Source of the DNA: Eubacteriales bacterium
GTDB lineage: Bacteria; Bacillota; Clostridia; Oscillospirales; CAG-272
Direction of reading: 5' to 3'
DNA length: 64,000 nt
NCBI GenBank assembly: GCA_045632145.1
Contig: JAZQWB010000015.1
Coordinates: 64,643 to 128,642, forward strand
Of this stretch, positions 8,371-16,580 are shown piece by piece (the first letter of the stretch is position 1; the number at the start of each line of letters is the position of its first letter). The position numbers and the translations under genes are program-made. Under the pieces are notes generated by a model. That model did not search any database, was not told the DNA's origin, and worked only from the letters and a program-made list of their open reading frames with translations.

Positions 8371-10401
8371 TTATTTCAAATCCTGTACGCTTCTGATTCT
8401 GAGAAGCTGGCTTAACTGCTCTGCACTCTTGGTGGGATCGGTGATTTTAATGCCGATCTTTACAGGAGCTCCACTGGTAAGGTTGATGTAGTTATCCGAG
8501 AATACTCCGTCCACACCCTCAAAGTCTATTTCAAGATCCTTCACAAACTTATCAGCCGAGATGGTAAGGCTGAAATTCTTGTCTTGACCTGTAATTTTGG
8601 TATCGATAAGGGCCTTCTTAAAATCAAAGTGCTTTTCGGGTACGAAGAGAAGCACACCGTGTGCAAGTGCAGACGAGCCCTCTCTGAGACAATACTCAAG
8701 ATAATACTCATTCTCGTGGCCACTGATGACCTCGGAAATATCAGTGGAGAACACTCTGCCCTGACTTGCACCGCTTATCTCCAGAGGCTCGGAGGACTTG
8801 AATAGGGTATAATTGTTGGCATCTGCCACACGATACTCAAGGTTACCGATAAAGTCAAATCTGCGAAGATTGGAGGCGGAGAATACAAGCTCGTCACCCT
8901 GCATCTCGGCATAAAGGGCGAGAGGTGCGAAGAATCTGGAGCAATAATACTGCAGGGGCTTCCATCTGCCACGGTAATCGATAGCAGAGGGGGAAATCAT
9001 AAAGGAGGAGTCACACAGACGGTTGAATACCGCACGACCTGTGCTACCGTCGGAGAGTCGACAGCTCTTTATCTCCTCACCAACCGCGTGTGCGGAGGCA
9101 AGTGCAGACGCGTATGCGAAGGCGGAGAGGTCTCTGGGATAAGGGTATCTGTCTGCCACCGACATAAGCATATTTTTAATAGAACCGTCCTCGGCAATAG
9201 CCTCGATATGACGGGAGAAGAGGTTGCGCTCGCCCTCAGGGACAATGGCACAAATGCTCTTCATCGAAGGGAGAGCAGGCTTAGAAATATAGCTTACGCC
9301 CTCGGATACGGATACAATATTAAGCTGAGGGAGAGCCTCCTTGATTAAAGAAGCATCGGCCTCGGTATTTTCATCGGTTATAAGGTCAACAAGGCAAAGG
9401 CTGGGGTGGTCGATTCTCGCCTTAAGCATAGGAATAACAAGACTGTCGTCAGCCCTGTGCTCCTCGATAAGCAGAATGCCCTGGACGTCACAAAGCTCAT
9501 AGAGCTTTTCTGAGGGAGCGGGAGAGGAGAGAGGCAAAACAAGACAGTTGTAGCCTGCCATTGTAGCGGCGGTAACCTGCTTGCTTGTCCTATCGTCAGC
9601 AACGGTGCTGTCGGGGTCGGAGTCGGCATAATACACCGCTCCCATAGGTATCATTTTGCTACCGTTAACGGTAAGGGTTGCACCCTCGCCAAGCTCTATC
9701 TTTCGAAGACCAAGACGGGTTTCATAGCTATCCTCAATGTCTATCTCACCGTAAAGGTTTACGGTAAGGCGGTAAAGATTCTGCACACCGAGTCCGCGAG
9801 GCCACCAGTAAAGAGGGTCACGAAGAATAACACTTCCCTCTCCGCCTGTAAGACCGGCATAGTAAAGCTGACCTGCAGAGGAAACAAGGGTAGCAACCGC
9901 ACGCACAGACGAGGTGTCACCGAGGAGAGAAAGCTTGATGCCAAGGTTAACCGCACCGTCCTCGTGATGCTGGGTAAGAGCTACGCCATCGATGATAGCA
10001 CTGTTAAATCGCACGATTTCAGGCAGCTCGGTAATCTCCGCGTAGGAAAGATCGCCGTCTGCGGCATAGAAACGCAGGGAAAGGATGTTGTCACCAAGGG
10101 TAACCTGACCTGAAATATCAATGTTATAAACAGGGGTAAAGCCGTCGCACTTAAGGAGAGACTGACCGTTAAGGAATATCTCGGCAGGACGGTTTATACC
10201 ACGAATGCGCAGGTAAAAATATTTAATTGAAAGGGCAACCTCATCTGCACTGATTACTCCGTCAAAGCTGATAAAATCACCAAGCTCGGAGGAGGAAGCA
10301 CCCGCGGAGGAAAGCACCCTTCCTACTCTGCAGGGCAACGTGCAGGGGTATGAGCCACCCTCTGTTTTAAGTTCAAATTGTTTAATCTGCTTTTTTACCA
10401 T
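8371..10401 (-). CDS. Glycoside hydrolase family 2 (beta-mannosidase-like) protein, cytoplasmic, possibly degenerate
   Basis: Beta-mannosidase-like blocks 'LCDVQGILLIEE', 'HPSLCLV...DEN' and 'IDYRGRWKPLQYY', with no signal peptide. I set the start at MVKKQ (RBS GAGGAG 5 nt upstream), not at 10437. Confidence 0.55.
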   Translation of the reverse strand: MVKKQIKQFELKTEGGSYPCTLPCRVGRVLSSAGASSSELGDFISFDGVISADEVALSIKYFYLRIRGINRPAEIFLNGQSLLKCDGFTPVYNIDISGQVTLGDNILSLRFYAADGDLSYAEITELPEIVRFNSAIIDGVALTQHHEDGAVNLGIKLSLLGDTSSVRAVATLVSSAGQLYYAGLTGGEGSVILRDPLYWWPRGLGVQNLYRLTVNLYGEIDIEDSYETRLGLRKIELGEGATLTVNGSKMIPMGAVYYADSDPDSTVADDRTSKQVTAATMAGYNCLVLPLSSPAPSEKLYELCDVQGILLIEEHRADDSLVIPMLKARIDHPSLCLVDLITDENTEADASLIKEALPQLNIVSVSEGVSYISKPALPSMKSICAIVPEGERNLFSRHIEAIAEDGSIKNMLMSVADRYPYPRDLSAFAYASALASAHAVGEEIKSCRLSDGSTGRAVFNRLCDSSFMISPSAIDYRGRWKPLQYYCSRFFAPLALYAEMQGDELVFSASNLRRFDFIGNLEYRVADANNYTLFKSSEPLEISGASQGRVFSTDISEVISGHENEYYLEYCLREGSSALAHGVLLFVPEKHFDFKKALIDTKITGQDKNFSLTISADKFVKDLEIDFEGVDGVFSDNYINLTSGAPVKIGIKITDPTKSAEQLSQLLRIRSVQDLK

Positions 10402-10470
10402 AAAAACTCCTCTAATGAATGGGAGCAAAGCTCCCAAAGGGTATAAACGTTGGCAGGGGCGGCCAAAAAA

Positions 10471-12498
10471 TCATCTTCTGCCCACTCTGCGTACTCGGAT
10501 AGGAAGCTCCTCTCCAAATCTGTGAGCACGAAGCACAGAGCATATCTCCCTGCCCCTCTCGACGGTAAACAGAAGGTGGTGCGAGCCTAAACGGTGTGCG
10601 CGAAGCTCCTCACCTCTGTCACCCATATAGGTGGGAATACTGTTAAATATAAGATTTCTGTGAGAAAACTCTCGAATCATTGGGAATTTTTCACCCTTGC
10701 GGTCAATAAGAGCGCTCCTGCCACACTTGTCACAGCCAAAATTCTCGGAGATAAAGCATCTCTCGGTAATCATAAGAGGCAATCTGCCGTAGGTGATAAG
10801 GCCGCCACCAATGTCTCTTGCCTTAGGCAGAGTCAGCTCGGGTGAAAGGATAAGATGCGATATGCCCATTTTTCTGTAAACCAGGGCACTTTCGCTGTTG
10901 GTAGTGTTGAGTCGGAAATCACCTACAGGAGTAAATCCATAGCCCTTAACAAGCTCGATTTGACTGATATTGCCAACTAAAGCGTACATTACGCCGCTAT
11001 TCTTTGCCTTTTCAAGTGCCGCGCGCACCTCGTCAAGCTCGCTGTCAAAAATGACAGGAGGCAGGTAAACCGCACGTGAGCGAGAGAGTGATTCCACCGA
11101 CGAGAAGAGGGGAATAAATGCCATATCCAAGGAATCCACAAGCTCGCTGTCGCAATCAAGAGCCTCAAGATAGCTCTCCTCCGAGAAGAATTGTGCGGTG
11201 GTAAGAGGCTTTACCCCGCCCTTAACGTCGGGAGAGGGGGTATAGCTCACCCAGGGAAGCTCTCTGCTACAGTTTTCAAAGGCCTCTGCCGCCTCACGTC
11301 TTAAGGCATTGAGGGCCGAGGGAGGAAGATTTATATTTTCATCAAGTGAAAGAGTGATATCATCGGGAGAAAGTATAAGATTGGTATTGCCCATCTTGGC
11401 AAGTCTCATCTTGACCGAGTCGGGAGTGAGGGGAGAATTCTCTGCCACCATCGGCACAGCACCCTTTACGGATACGCTTCTGCCATTACCGATAATACGC
11501 ATTTCCGAGGGCTCACCGAGGGCGAGACGCACCTCTGCCCTGACGGGCAGCTTCTCTGCCACATATTCGGTGCGACCCATAGACTTGGTCTGCTGCTTGT
11601 CCTCATCCGAGCGTACACCCGTCACACCCTTTTCTGTCTTTCCAACAAAATAGCCGTCGGTAAATCCACCGCGAGAGAAGGCACGACGAAGAAGGTCATT
11701 TTCCCGAGCGTTAGCCACACGGTACTCGTCAAGCATCTGACGGTAGGCATGAGTTACGGCAAAAACATACTCGGGAGACTTCATACGTCCCTCGATTTTA
11801 AGGGAGGCAACACCCGACTCGATAAGCTCGGGAATATGGTTAGCAAGCGAAAGGTCTTTTAAGGAAAGAATATATTTACCGTTGTTGAAGGGCAGGCGGC
11901 AAGGCTGTGCACACTCACCGCGGTTTCCGCTTCTACCCCCCACAAGAGAGGAGAAGAGGCACTGTCCCGAATGGCAAACACAGAGAGCACCGTGCAAAAA
12001 TACCTCTATCTCACAGGGGGAGTTTTCAACAATGCTCTTGATATTTTTAAGCGAAAGCTCTCTGGCAGGCACAACGCGTGTGATACCCATTTCAGAAGCA
12101 GCCAAAGCACCGAGAGAGCTGTGCACAGACATCTGTGTAGATGCGTGAATCTCAAGGTCGGGCACAAGACGACGGATAGATGCGATAACACCCAAATCGG
12201 CAACGATAAGAGCATCAACACCTATGCGATAAAGCTCCGCCGCATAGGCAATGGCATCGGCAAGCTCCTTGTCCTCGATAAGTGTATTTAAAGTAACGTA
12301 AAGCTTTACTCCGTGGAGATGACAGTAGCGCACCGCCAGGGAAAGCTCGTCTATATCAAAATTTTTGGCAAAGGCACGAGCACCAAAGCGCTTTCCGCCC
12401 ACGTATACGGCATCCGCCCCTGCAGCCACAGCGGCATAAAGACAGTCCATATCACCGGCAGGAGCTAACAGCTCAGGGAGGGGGTCTTTTCTAAACAT
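10471..12498 (-). CDS. U32 family peptidase (collagenase-like, with DUF3656-type C-terminal region)
   Basis: 675 aa. 'ELLAPAGD...AGADAVYVGG' and 'E.FLHGALCVCHSGQCLFSS' are typical U32 motifs. Confidence 0.85.
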   Translation of the reverse strand: MFRKDPLPELLAPAGDMDCLYAAVAAGADAVYVGGKRFGARAFAKNFDIDELSLAVRYCHLHGVKLYVTLNTLIEDKELADAIAYAAELYRIGVDALIVADLGVIASIRRLVPDLEIHASTQMSVHSSLGALAASEMGITRVVPARELSLKNIKSIVENSPCEIEVFLHGALCVCHSGQCLFSSLVGGRSGNRGECAQPCRLPFNNGKYILSLKDLSLANHIPELIESGVASLKIEGRMKSPEYVFAVTHAYRQMLDEYRVANARENDLLRRAFSRGGFTDGYFVGKTEKGVTGVRSDEDKQQTKSMGRTEYVAEKLPVRAEVRLALGEPSEMRIIGNGRSVSVKGAVPMVAENSPLTPDSVKMRLAKMGNTNLILSPDDITLSLDENINLPPSALNALRREAAEAFENCSRELPWVSYTPSPDVKGGVKPLTTAQFFSEESYLEALDCDSELVDSLDMAFIPLFSSVESLSRSRAVYLPPVIFDSELDEVRAALEKAKNSGVMYALVGNISQIELVKGYGFTPVGDFRLNTTNSESALVYRKMGISHLILSPELTLPKARDIGGGLITYGRLPLMITERCFISENFGCDKCGRSALIDRKGEKFPMIREFSHRNLIFNSIPTYMGDRGEELRAHRLGSHHLLFTVERGREICSVLRAHRFGEELPIRVRRVGRR

Positions 12499-12520
12499 TT
12501 TGGTACTCCTTTCATAGAAG

Positions 12521-12578
12521 ATTTAAAATCGTTTTTTGATTGACGATGGGATTTTTGAGATTAGATTGACAATGTGAC
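12521..12578. repeat. Intergenic direct repeat, copy 1 (30-bp perfect core 12541-12570)
   Basis: Core tgacgatgggatttttgagattagattgac is identical to 12705-12734. The flanks atttaaaat and aatgtgac are also shared. Confidence 0.9.
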
Positions 12579-12684
12579 TCCAAACGCATTTCCAATCGGC
12601 AAAGAGATTTTGTGATAGAATTCGCGATTCGCTACCCGAAGGCGTAGTAATCTACGTCGAGTGGGAAAGAATACAAGTCAACAA

Positions 12685-12743
12685 ATTTAAAATGGATTTT
12701 GGGCTGACGATGGGATTTTTGAGATTAGATTGACGAATGTGAC
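12685..12743. repeat. Intergenic direct repeat, copy 2 (30-bp perfect core 12705-12734)
   Basis: Same core and flanks as copy 1, 164 bp downstream. Confidence 0.9.
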
Positions 12744-12806
12744 CCGAAGCTGTAGAAACCTACTGCGAGCTTGGTCACAGTCGGCAATATAAGCCAAAAA
12801 TCACCG

Positions 12807-14351
12807 TCATTTTTTCCAGTATTTGCGGTCAAGCGATCTATACATAATCGCTTCTGCTATATGATCCTCGTTTATCTCAGCCATACCGTCAAGGTCGGCT
12901 ATTGTTCTTGCTACACGAAGCACGCGGTCGTGACCTCTGGCAGAAAGACCAAGGCTCTCGAAGGCCTGCTTCATAAGGGCGCTGCCCTCCTCGGTGGGAG
13001 TGCAGTATTTACGGAGCTGCTCGGTGGACATTCTGGCATTGAGAGTGCCGGGCTTGTCGCCGCCCGCCTTAAGTCTCTCGTCGGTAAATCTGCGTGCCGC
13101 ATTTACGCGCGCACGAATGGAGGCAGAGCTCTCGCCCTTGGCGGTCTTGCCTGAAATCTCGTTATAAGTAACCGCAGGCAACTCAATCTCTATATCAATA
13201 CGGTCAAGAAGAGGACCGCTGACTCTCTCAAGATACTTGGTGATAGCACCGGTGGCACAACGGCACTGTCTTGTGGGGTCACCGAAATAACCGCACTTGC
13301 AGGGATTCATTGCACACACAAGCATAAATGACGCAGGATAGGTCACCTTTGCGGCCGCACGTGTAACGGTAACAACACCGTCCTCAAGGGGCTGACGAAG
13401 AGACTCGGAAACGCTCTTCGGAAATTCGGGAAGCTCATCAAGGAACAAAACACCGTTGTGAGCAAGGGAAATTTCACCGGGTCGGGGATTTGCACCGCCG
13501 CCAACCATACCTGCCGAGCTGACTGTGTGGTGGGGAGAGCGGAAGGGTCTCTCGGTAACAAGATTGCTCCTTAAGATACCCGTAACCGAATGAATCTTGG
13601 TGGTCTCCACCGCCTCATCAAAGCTAAGGTCGGGGAGAATGGTAGGCAGTCTCTTGGCAAGCATAGATTTACCTGCACCGGGAGGGCCTATCATAAGAAT
13701 ATTGTGTCCGCCTGCAGCGGCAATCTCAAGAGCGCGCTTGGCCTTAAGCTGACCGCGTACATCGGCAAAATCAAGCTCGCCAACGTGAGAGGACAGGTCA
13801 AAGGCCGATGCATCAAAGCTGACGGGAGTGATAAGCTCCTCACCCTTAAGGTGAAACACAAGCTGACGAAGGGTTTTCACAGGATAAACGGTGATGCCGT
13901 CAACCACAGAGGCCTCACCTGCATTTTCAAAGGGAACAAAAATCTCGCGTCTGCCCGACTCCTTTGCAGAAACCGTCATAGGCAAAACACCGCCTACAGA
14001 GCGAAGCTCTCCCGAGAGACTCAGCTCACCCACAAAGCACTTGTCCGACAAATCAAGGCTGCGAGGAATTCTTCCGTCGCACTGAAGCAGGGCCACCGTC
14101 ATGGCAAGGTCAAAGGCAGAGCCCTCTTTTTTGATATTTGCAGGAGCAAGGTTAAGCATTATTTCAAGGGGAGGAAACTGAAATCCGCTATTTTCACAGG
14201 CGGAGCGAATTCGTCCCTTCGCCTCTTTAACCGCAGTATCGGGCAGACCCACAAGATCAAACTTGGGCATTCTGTCCCATGCAGAGCACTCAACGGCGAC
14301 CTCAAAGCCCTCTATTCCAATTACACCTGCGCTGTAAATCTTCGATAGCAT
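12807..14351 (-). CDS. comM: YifB/ComM family Mg-chelatase-like AAA+ ATPase
   Basis: 'MLSKIYSAGVIGIEG', Walker A 'GPPGAGKS' and 'VLFLDELPEF'. RBS GGAGAGG precedes the ATG at 14351. Confidence 0.9.
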   Translation of the reverse strand: MLSKIYSAGVIGIEGFEVAVECSAWDRMPKFDLVGLPDTAVKEAKGRIRSACENSGFQFPPLEIMLNLAPANIKKEGSAFDLAMTVALLQCDGRIPRSLDLSDKCFVGELSLSGELRSVGGVLPMTVSAKESGRREIFVPFENAGEASVVDGITVYPVKTLRQLVFHLKGEELITPVSFDASAFDLSSHVGELDFADVRGQLKAKRALEIAAAGGHNILMIGPPGAGKSMLAKRLPTILPDLSFDEAVETTKIHSVTGILRSNLVTERPFRSPHHTVSSAGMVGGGANPRPGEISLAHNGVLFLDELPEFPKSVSESLRQPLEDGVVTVTRAAAKVTYPASFMLVCAMNPCKCGYFGDPTRQCRCATGAITKYLERVSGPLLDRIDIEIELPAVTYNEISGKTAKGESSASIRARVNAARRFTDERLKAGGDKPGTLNARMSTEQLRKYCTPTEEGSALMKQAFESLGLSARGHDRVLRVARTIADLDGMAEINEDHIAEAIMYRSLDRKYWKK

Positions 14352-14516
14352 AGCAACCTCTCCCAAATAGAGCATATTTTTTATATTATATCATAAATAA
14401 ATGCGCAAAATCAAGGTCTAGGCTAAAGATTGGTGTTTTTTGACAAATTAAGAATATATTTATTAACAAAAATAACAAAGATTTTTAATTATTTTTTAAA
14501 ATTCGGATTAATGCTG

Positions 14517-14545
14517 TTGAAAAGGGATTTTTACTGTGGTAAAAT
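14517..14545 (+). promoter_or_regulatory. Candidate sigma-A promoter (extended -10)
   Basis: TTGAAA (14517-14522), 17 nt spacer ending in TG-g, TAAAAT (14540-14545). Confidence 0.5.
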
Positions 14546-14586
14546 ACAAAATGGTAGACTATGAAAAAATTTGGTGAGGACAATTT

Positions 14587-15870
14587 ATGAAAACCAAGGT
14601 ATATAATAAAAGCTACGACGAGGTAATGGCGCTGCCCAAGAGAAAACACAAAAAGCCCATAAAGCCCAATATGCTCTTCAGAACACTCTTGAAGCTGGTG
14701 TCATTGCCCGACCTTATTGATACAAAATTCAAGTGCAACAAAATAGGTATGGAGCGTCTCGGCAAGAAGGAGCCTGCCTTCTTCCTTGTTAACCACTCCT
14801 GCTTCCTCGACCTTGAGATAGTGCCCTCGGTGCTCTATCCCCGTCCCTTCAACATCGTTGCCACCACAGATGCCTTCATCGGCAAGGAGTGGCTTATGCG
14901 ACAGATAGGATGCATCTCCACAAACAAGTTTGTTACCGAGATGAGTCTTATTCGCGATATGATGCACACCGTAAAGAATCTTAAGAGCTCGGTGGTAATG
15001 TTCCCCGAGGCAGGATATTCTTTTGACGGCAGATGCGTACCCATGCCCGATACTCTCGGCAAGATGGTAAAGATGCTTGGTGTTCCCCTCTGCACCATCA
15101 TCACCAAGGGTGCATTCAGCCGCGACCCTCTTTACAACAACCTGCAGAAGCGTAAGGTTAAGGTCAGCGCAGATATGAAATACCTGCTCTCCGCCGAGGA
15201 AATTGCAGAGATGACACCCGAGCAAATCCAGGAAATTATACTCAAAGAGTTCAGTTTTGACAGCTTTAGTTGGCAAAAAGAGAACAAAATTAAGATTGAC
15301 GAGCCCTTCCGCGCCGACGGACTCAACCGTATTCTCTACAAGTGTCCCCACTGCAAGGCAGAGGGAAAGATGCTCGGAAAGGGTACAGACATCACCTGTC
15401 AGGAGTGCGGAAAGTCCTATCACATGGACGAATACGGCGAGCTCTCTGCCAAGGAGGGTGATACCGAGTTTACAAGCATCACCGACTGGTATGACTGGGA
15501 AAGAGAGTGCGTAAAGGAGGAAATCAAGTCGGGTGACTACTCGCTTGACATTCCCGTAGAAATCCTTATGACTCTCACCGACTACAAATTCTACCGCGTT
15601 GGCGAGGGCAGACTCCGTCACGATATTGACGGCTTCGTGCTTGACGGCTGCGAGGGCAAGCTCCACTACGAGCACAAGCCCCTCTGTGCCCACACAGTAA
15701 ACTCCGACTTCTATTACTACCAGATGGGTGACGTTGTTTCCTTCGGTAATCAGGAGCATCTCTTCTACTGCTTCCCCAAAATCGAGGGTGATATAGTATG
15801 CAAGACCAGACTTGCAGCCGAGGAGATTTACAAAATCCGCCGCAAGGAAAAGGAGCCTTTAGAAAAGTAA
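14587..15870 (+). CDS. Lysophospholipid/1-acylglycerol-3-phosphate acyltransferase family protein with an internal zinc-ribbon
   Basis: HX4D motif 'NHSCFLD' and 'FPEAGYS'. CxxC...CxxC motif: 'CPHCKAEGKMLGKGTDITCQECG'. Confidence 0.7.
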   Translation: MKTKVYNKSYDEVMALPKRKHKKPIKPNMLFRTLLKLVSLPDLIDTKFKCNKIGMERLGKKEPAFFLVNHSCFLDLEIVPSVLYPRPFNIVATTDAFIGKEWLMRQIGCISTNKFVTEMSLIRDMMHTVKNLKSSVVMFPEAGYSFDGRCVPMPDTLGKMVKMLGVPLCTIITKGAFSRDPLYNNLQKRKVKVSADMKYLLSAEEIAEMTPEQIQEIILKEFSFDSFSWQKENKIKIDEPFRADGLNRILYKCPHCKAEGKMLGKGTDITCQECGKSYHMDEYGELSAKEGDTEFTSITDWYDWERECVKEEIKSGDYSLDIPVEILMTLTDYKFYRVGEGRLRHDIDGFVLDGCEGKLHYEHKPLCAHTVNSDFYYYQMGDVVSFGNQEHLFYCFPKIEGDIVCKTRLAAEEIYKIRRKEKEPLEK

Positions 15871-15880
15871 ATTCAAAATA

Positions 15881-15922
15881 AAAAGAGAAGATATTGGGAC
15901 AAGCCCGCTATCTTCTCTTTTT
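15881..15922. terminator. Bidirectional terminator between convergent genes
   Basis: Stem gagaagata (15885-15893) / tatcttctc (15909-15917), flanked by an A-run and a T-run. Confidence 0.6.
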
Positions 15923-15925
15923 CTA

Positions 15926-16579
15926 TTATCTTAAGTAGTAATCGTTAATGATAGGCACCTCTACCATGTCGATTTTATCATAATAATCGTTGAACACCAC
16001 CGACTTGCAGGCCTCCTCAAGTCGTTTTGCATACTCATCCTCTCCCATCATAGAGGGGAAAAGCTGGTCCGCCTTGTTTGCCTTATAAAACAGCGCGTCT
16101 GCATTCTGGAAATCGTTGTAATCAAAGCCGTAGGGCTCGGCAACGCGGTTAAACTCCTCGATAGAGCCGTTTGCATACTCACGAAGCACGCTGTCGCTGT
16201 TTTGCGCCACGGTAAGCTTGTCCTCCTGAGTGTAGCCGTGGAGAGTTATGTAGAGATAAGCCTTGGCAACTGTCAGTCGCATATACTCCTTGAATTTCTC
16301 GGTGAAATCCTCTGCGTGAGTTATACCCTCATCGGTTTGCGACTGCCAGAATTTCATGCTATCACCTGCATCCGCATGGTCATGAATCTGAATATATTTC
16401 ATCTTATAGAAGGAGGCAACGTAGGTTACGGTGCTCCAGTCTACGGTGATGTCTCCAAGCTTTACTACCGCCCTGACATGTCTTGCACCGTAGGCAAGTC
16501 CAACGGTCGTGCCGATAACCAGCAAAACGGCTATCAAAACACACGCAATTATTTTAACTATATTTTCCTTATCCTTCAT
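15926..16579 (-). CDS. Membrane-anchored hypothetical protein (single N-terminal TM; possibly a SurA-N/PrsA-like chaperone domain without the PPIase)
   Basis: I set the start at MKDKEN (RBS AAGGAGA inside the mfd 3' end). TM segment 'IIACVLIAVLLVIGTTVGLAY'. It sits just after mfd, where Firmicutes often carry a prsA-like gene. Confidence 0.45.
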   Translation of the reverse strand: MKDKENIVKIIACVLIAVLLVIGTTVGLAYGARHVRAVVKLGDITVDWSTVTYVASFYKMKYIQIHDHADAGDSMKFWQSQTDEGITHAEDFTEKFKEYMRLTVAKAYLYITLHGYTQEDKLTVAQNSDSVLREYANGSIEEFNRVAEPYGFDYNDFQNADALFYKANKADQLFPSMMGEDEYAKRLEEACKSVVFNDYYDKIDMVEVPIINDYYLR

Positions 16580-16580
16580 T

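Noticed and set aside
10421-10437. Hairpin gggagc-aaa-gctccc as a terminator of the U32 peptidase gene
   Set aside because: The stem is short (6 bp) and has no U-tract on the minus strand. It lies only ~20 nt before the next gene's RBS. The two genes are probably co-transcribed.
12521-12743. Possible mini-CRISPR array or MITE
   Set aside because: There are only two repeat copies, with a 134-bp 'spacer' between the 30-bp cores. No cas genes are present. There are no terminal inverted repeats or target-site duplication. I kept it as an unexplained direct repeat instead.
14561-14590. A 9-codon mini-ORF (MKKFGEDNL) whose TGA overlaps the acyltransferase ATG
   Set aside because: It has no Shine-Dalgarno sequence of its own. 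Its ATG would lie only ~9 nt from the predicted TSS. The downstream gene has its own GGTGAGGA RBS inside the mini-ORF. The arrangement is most likely coincidental.
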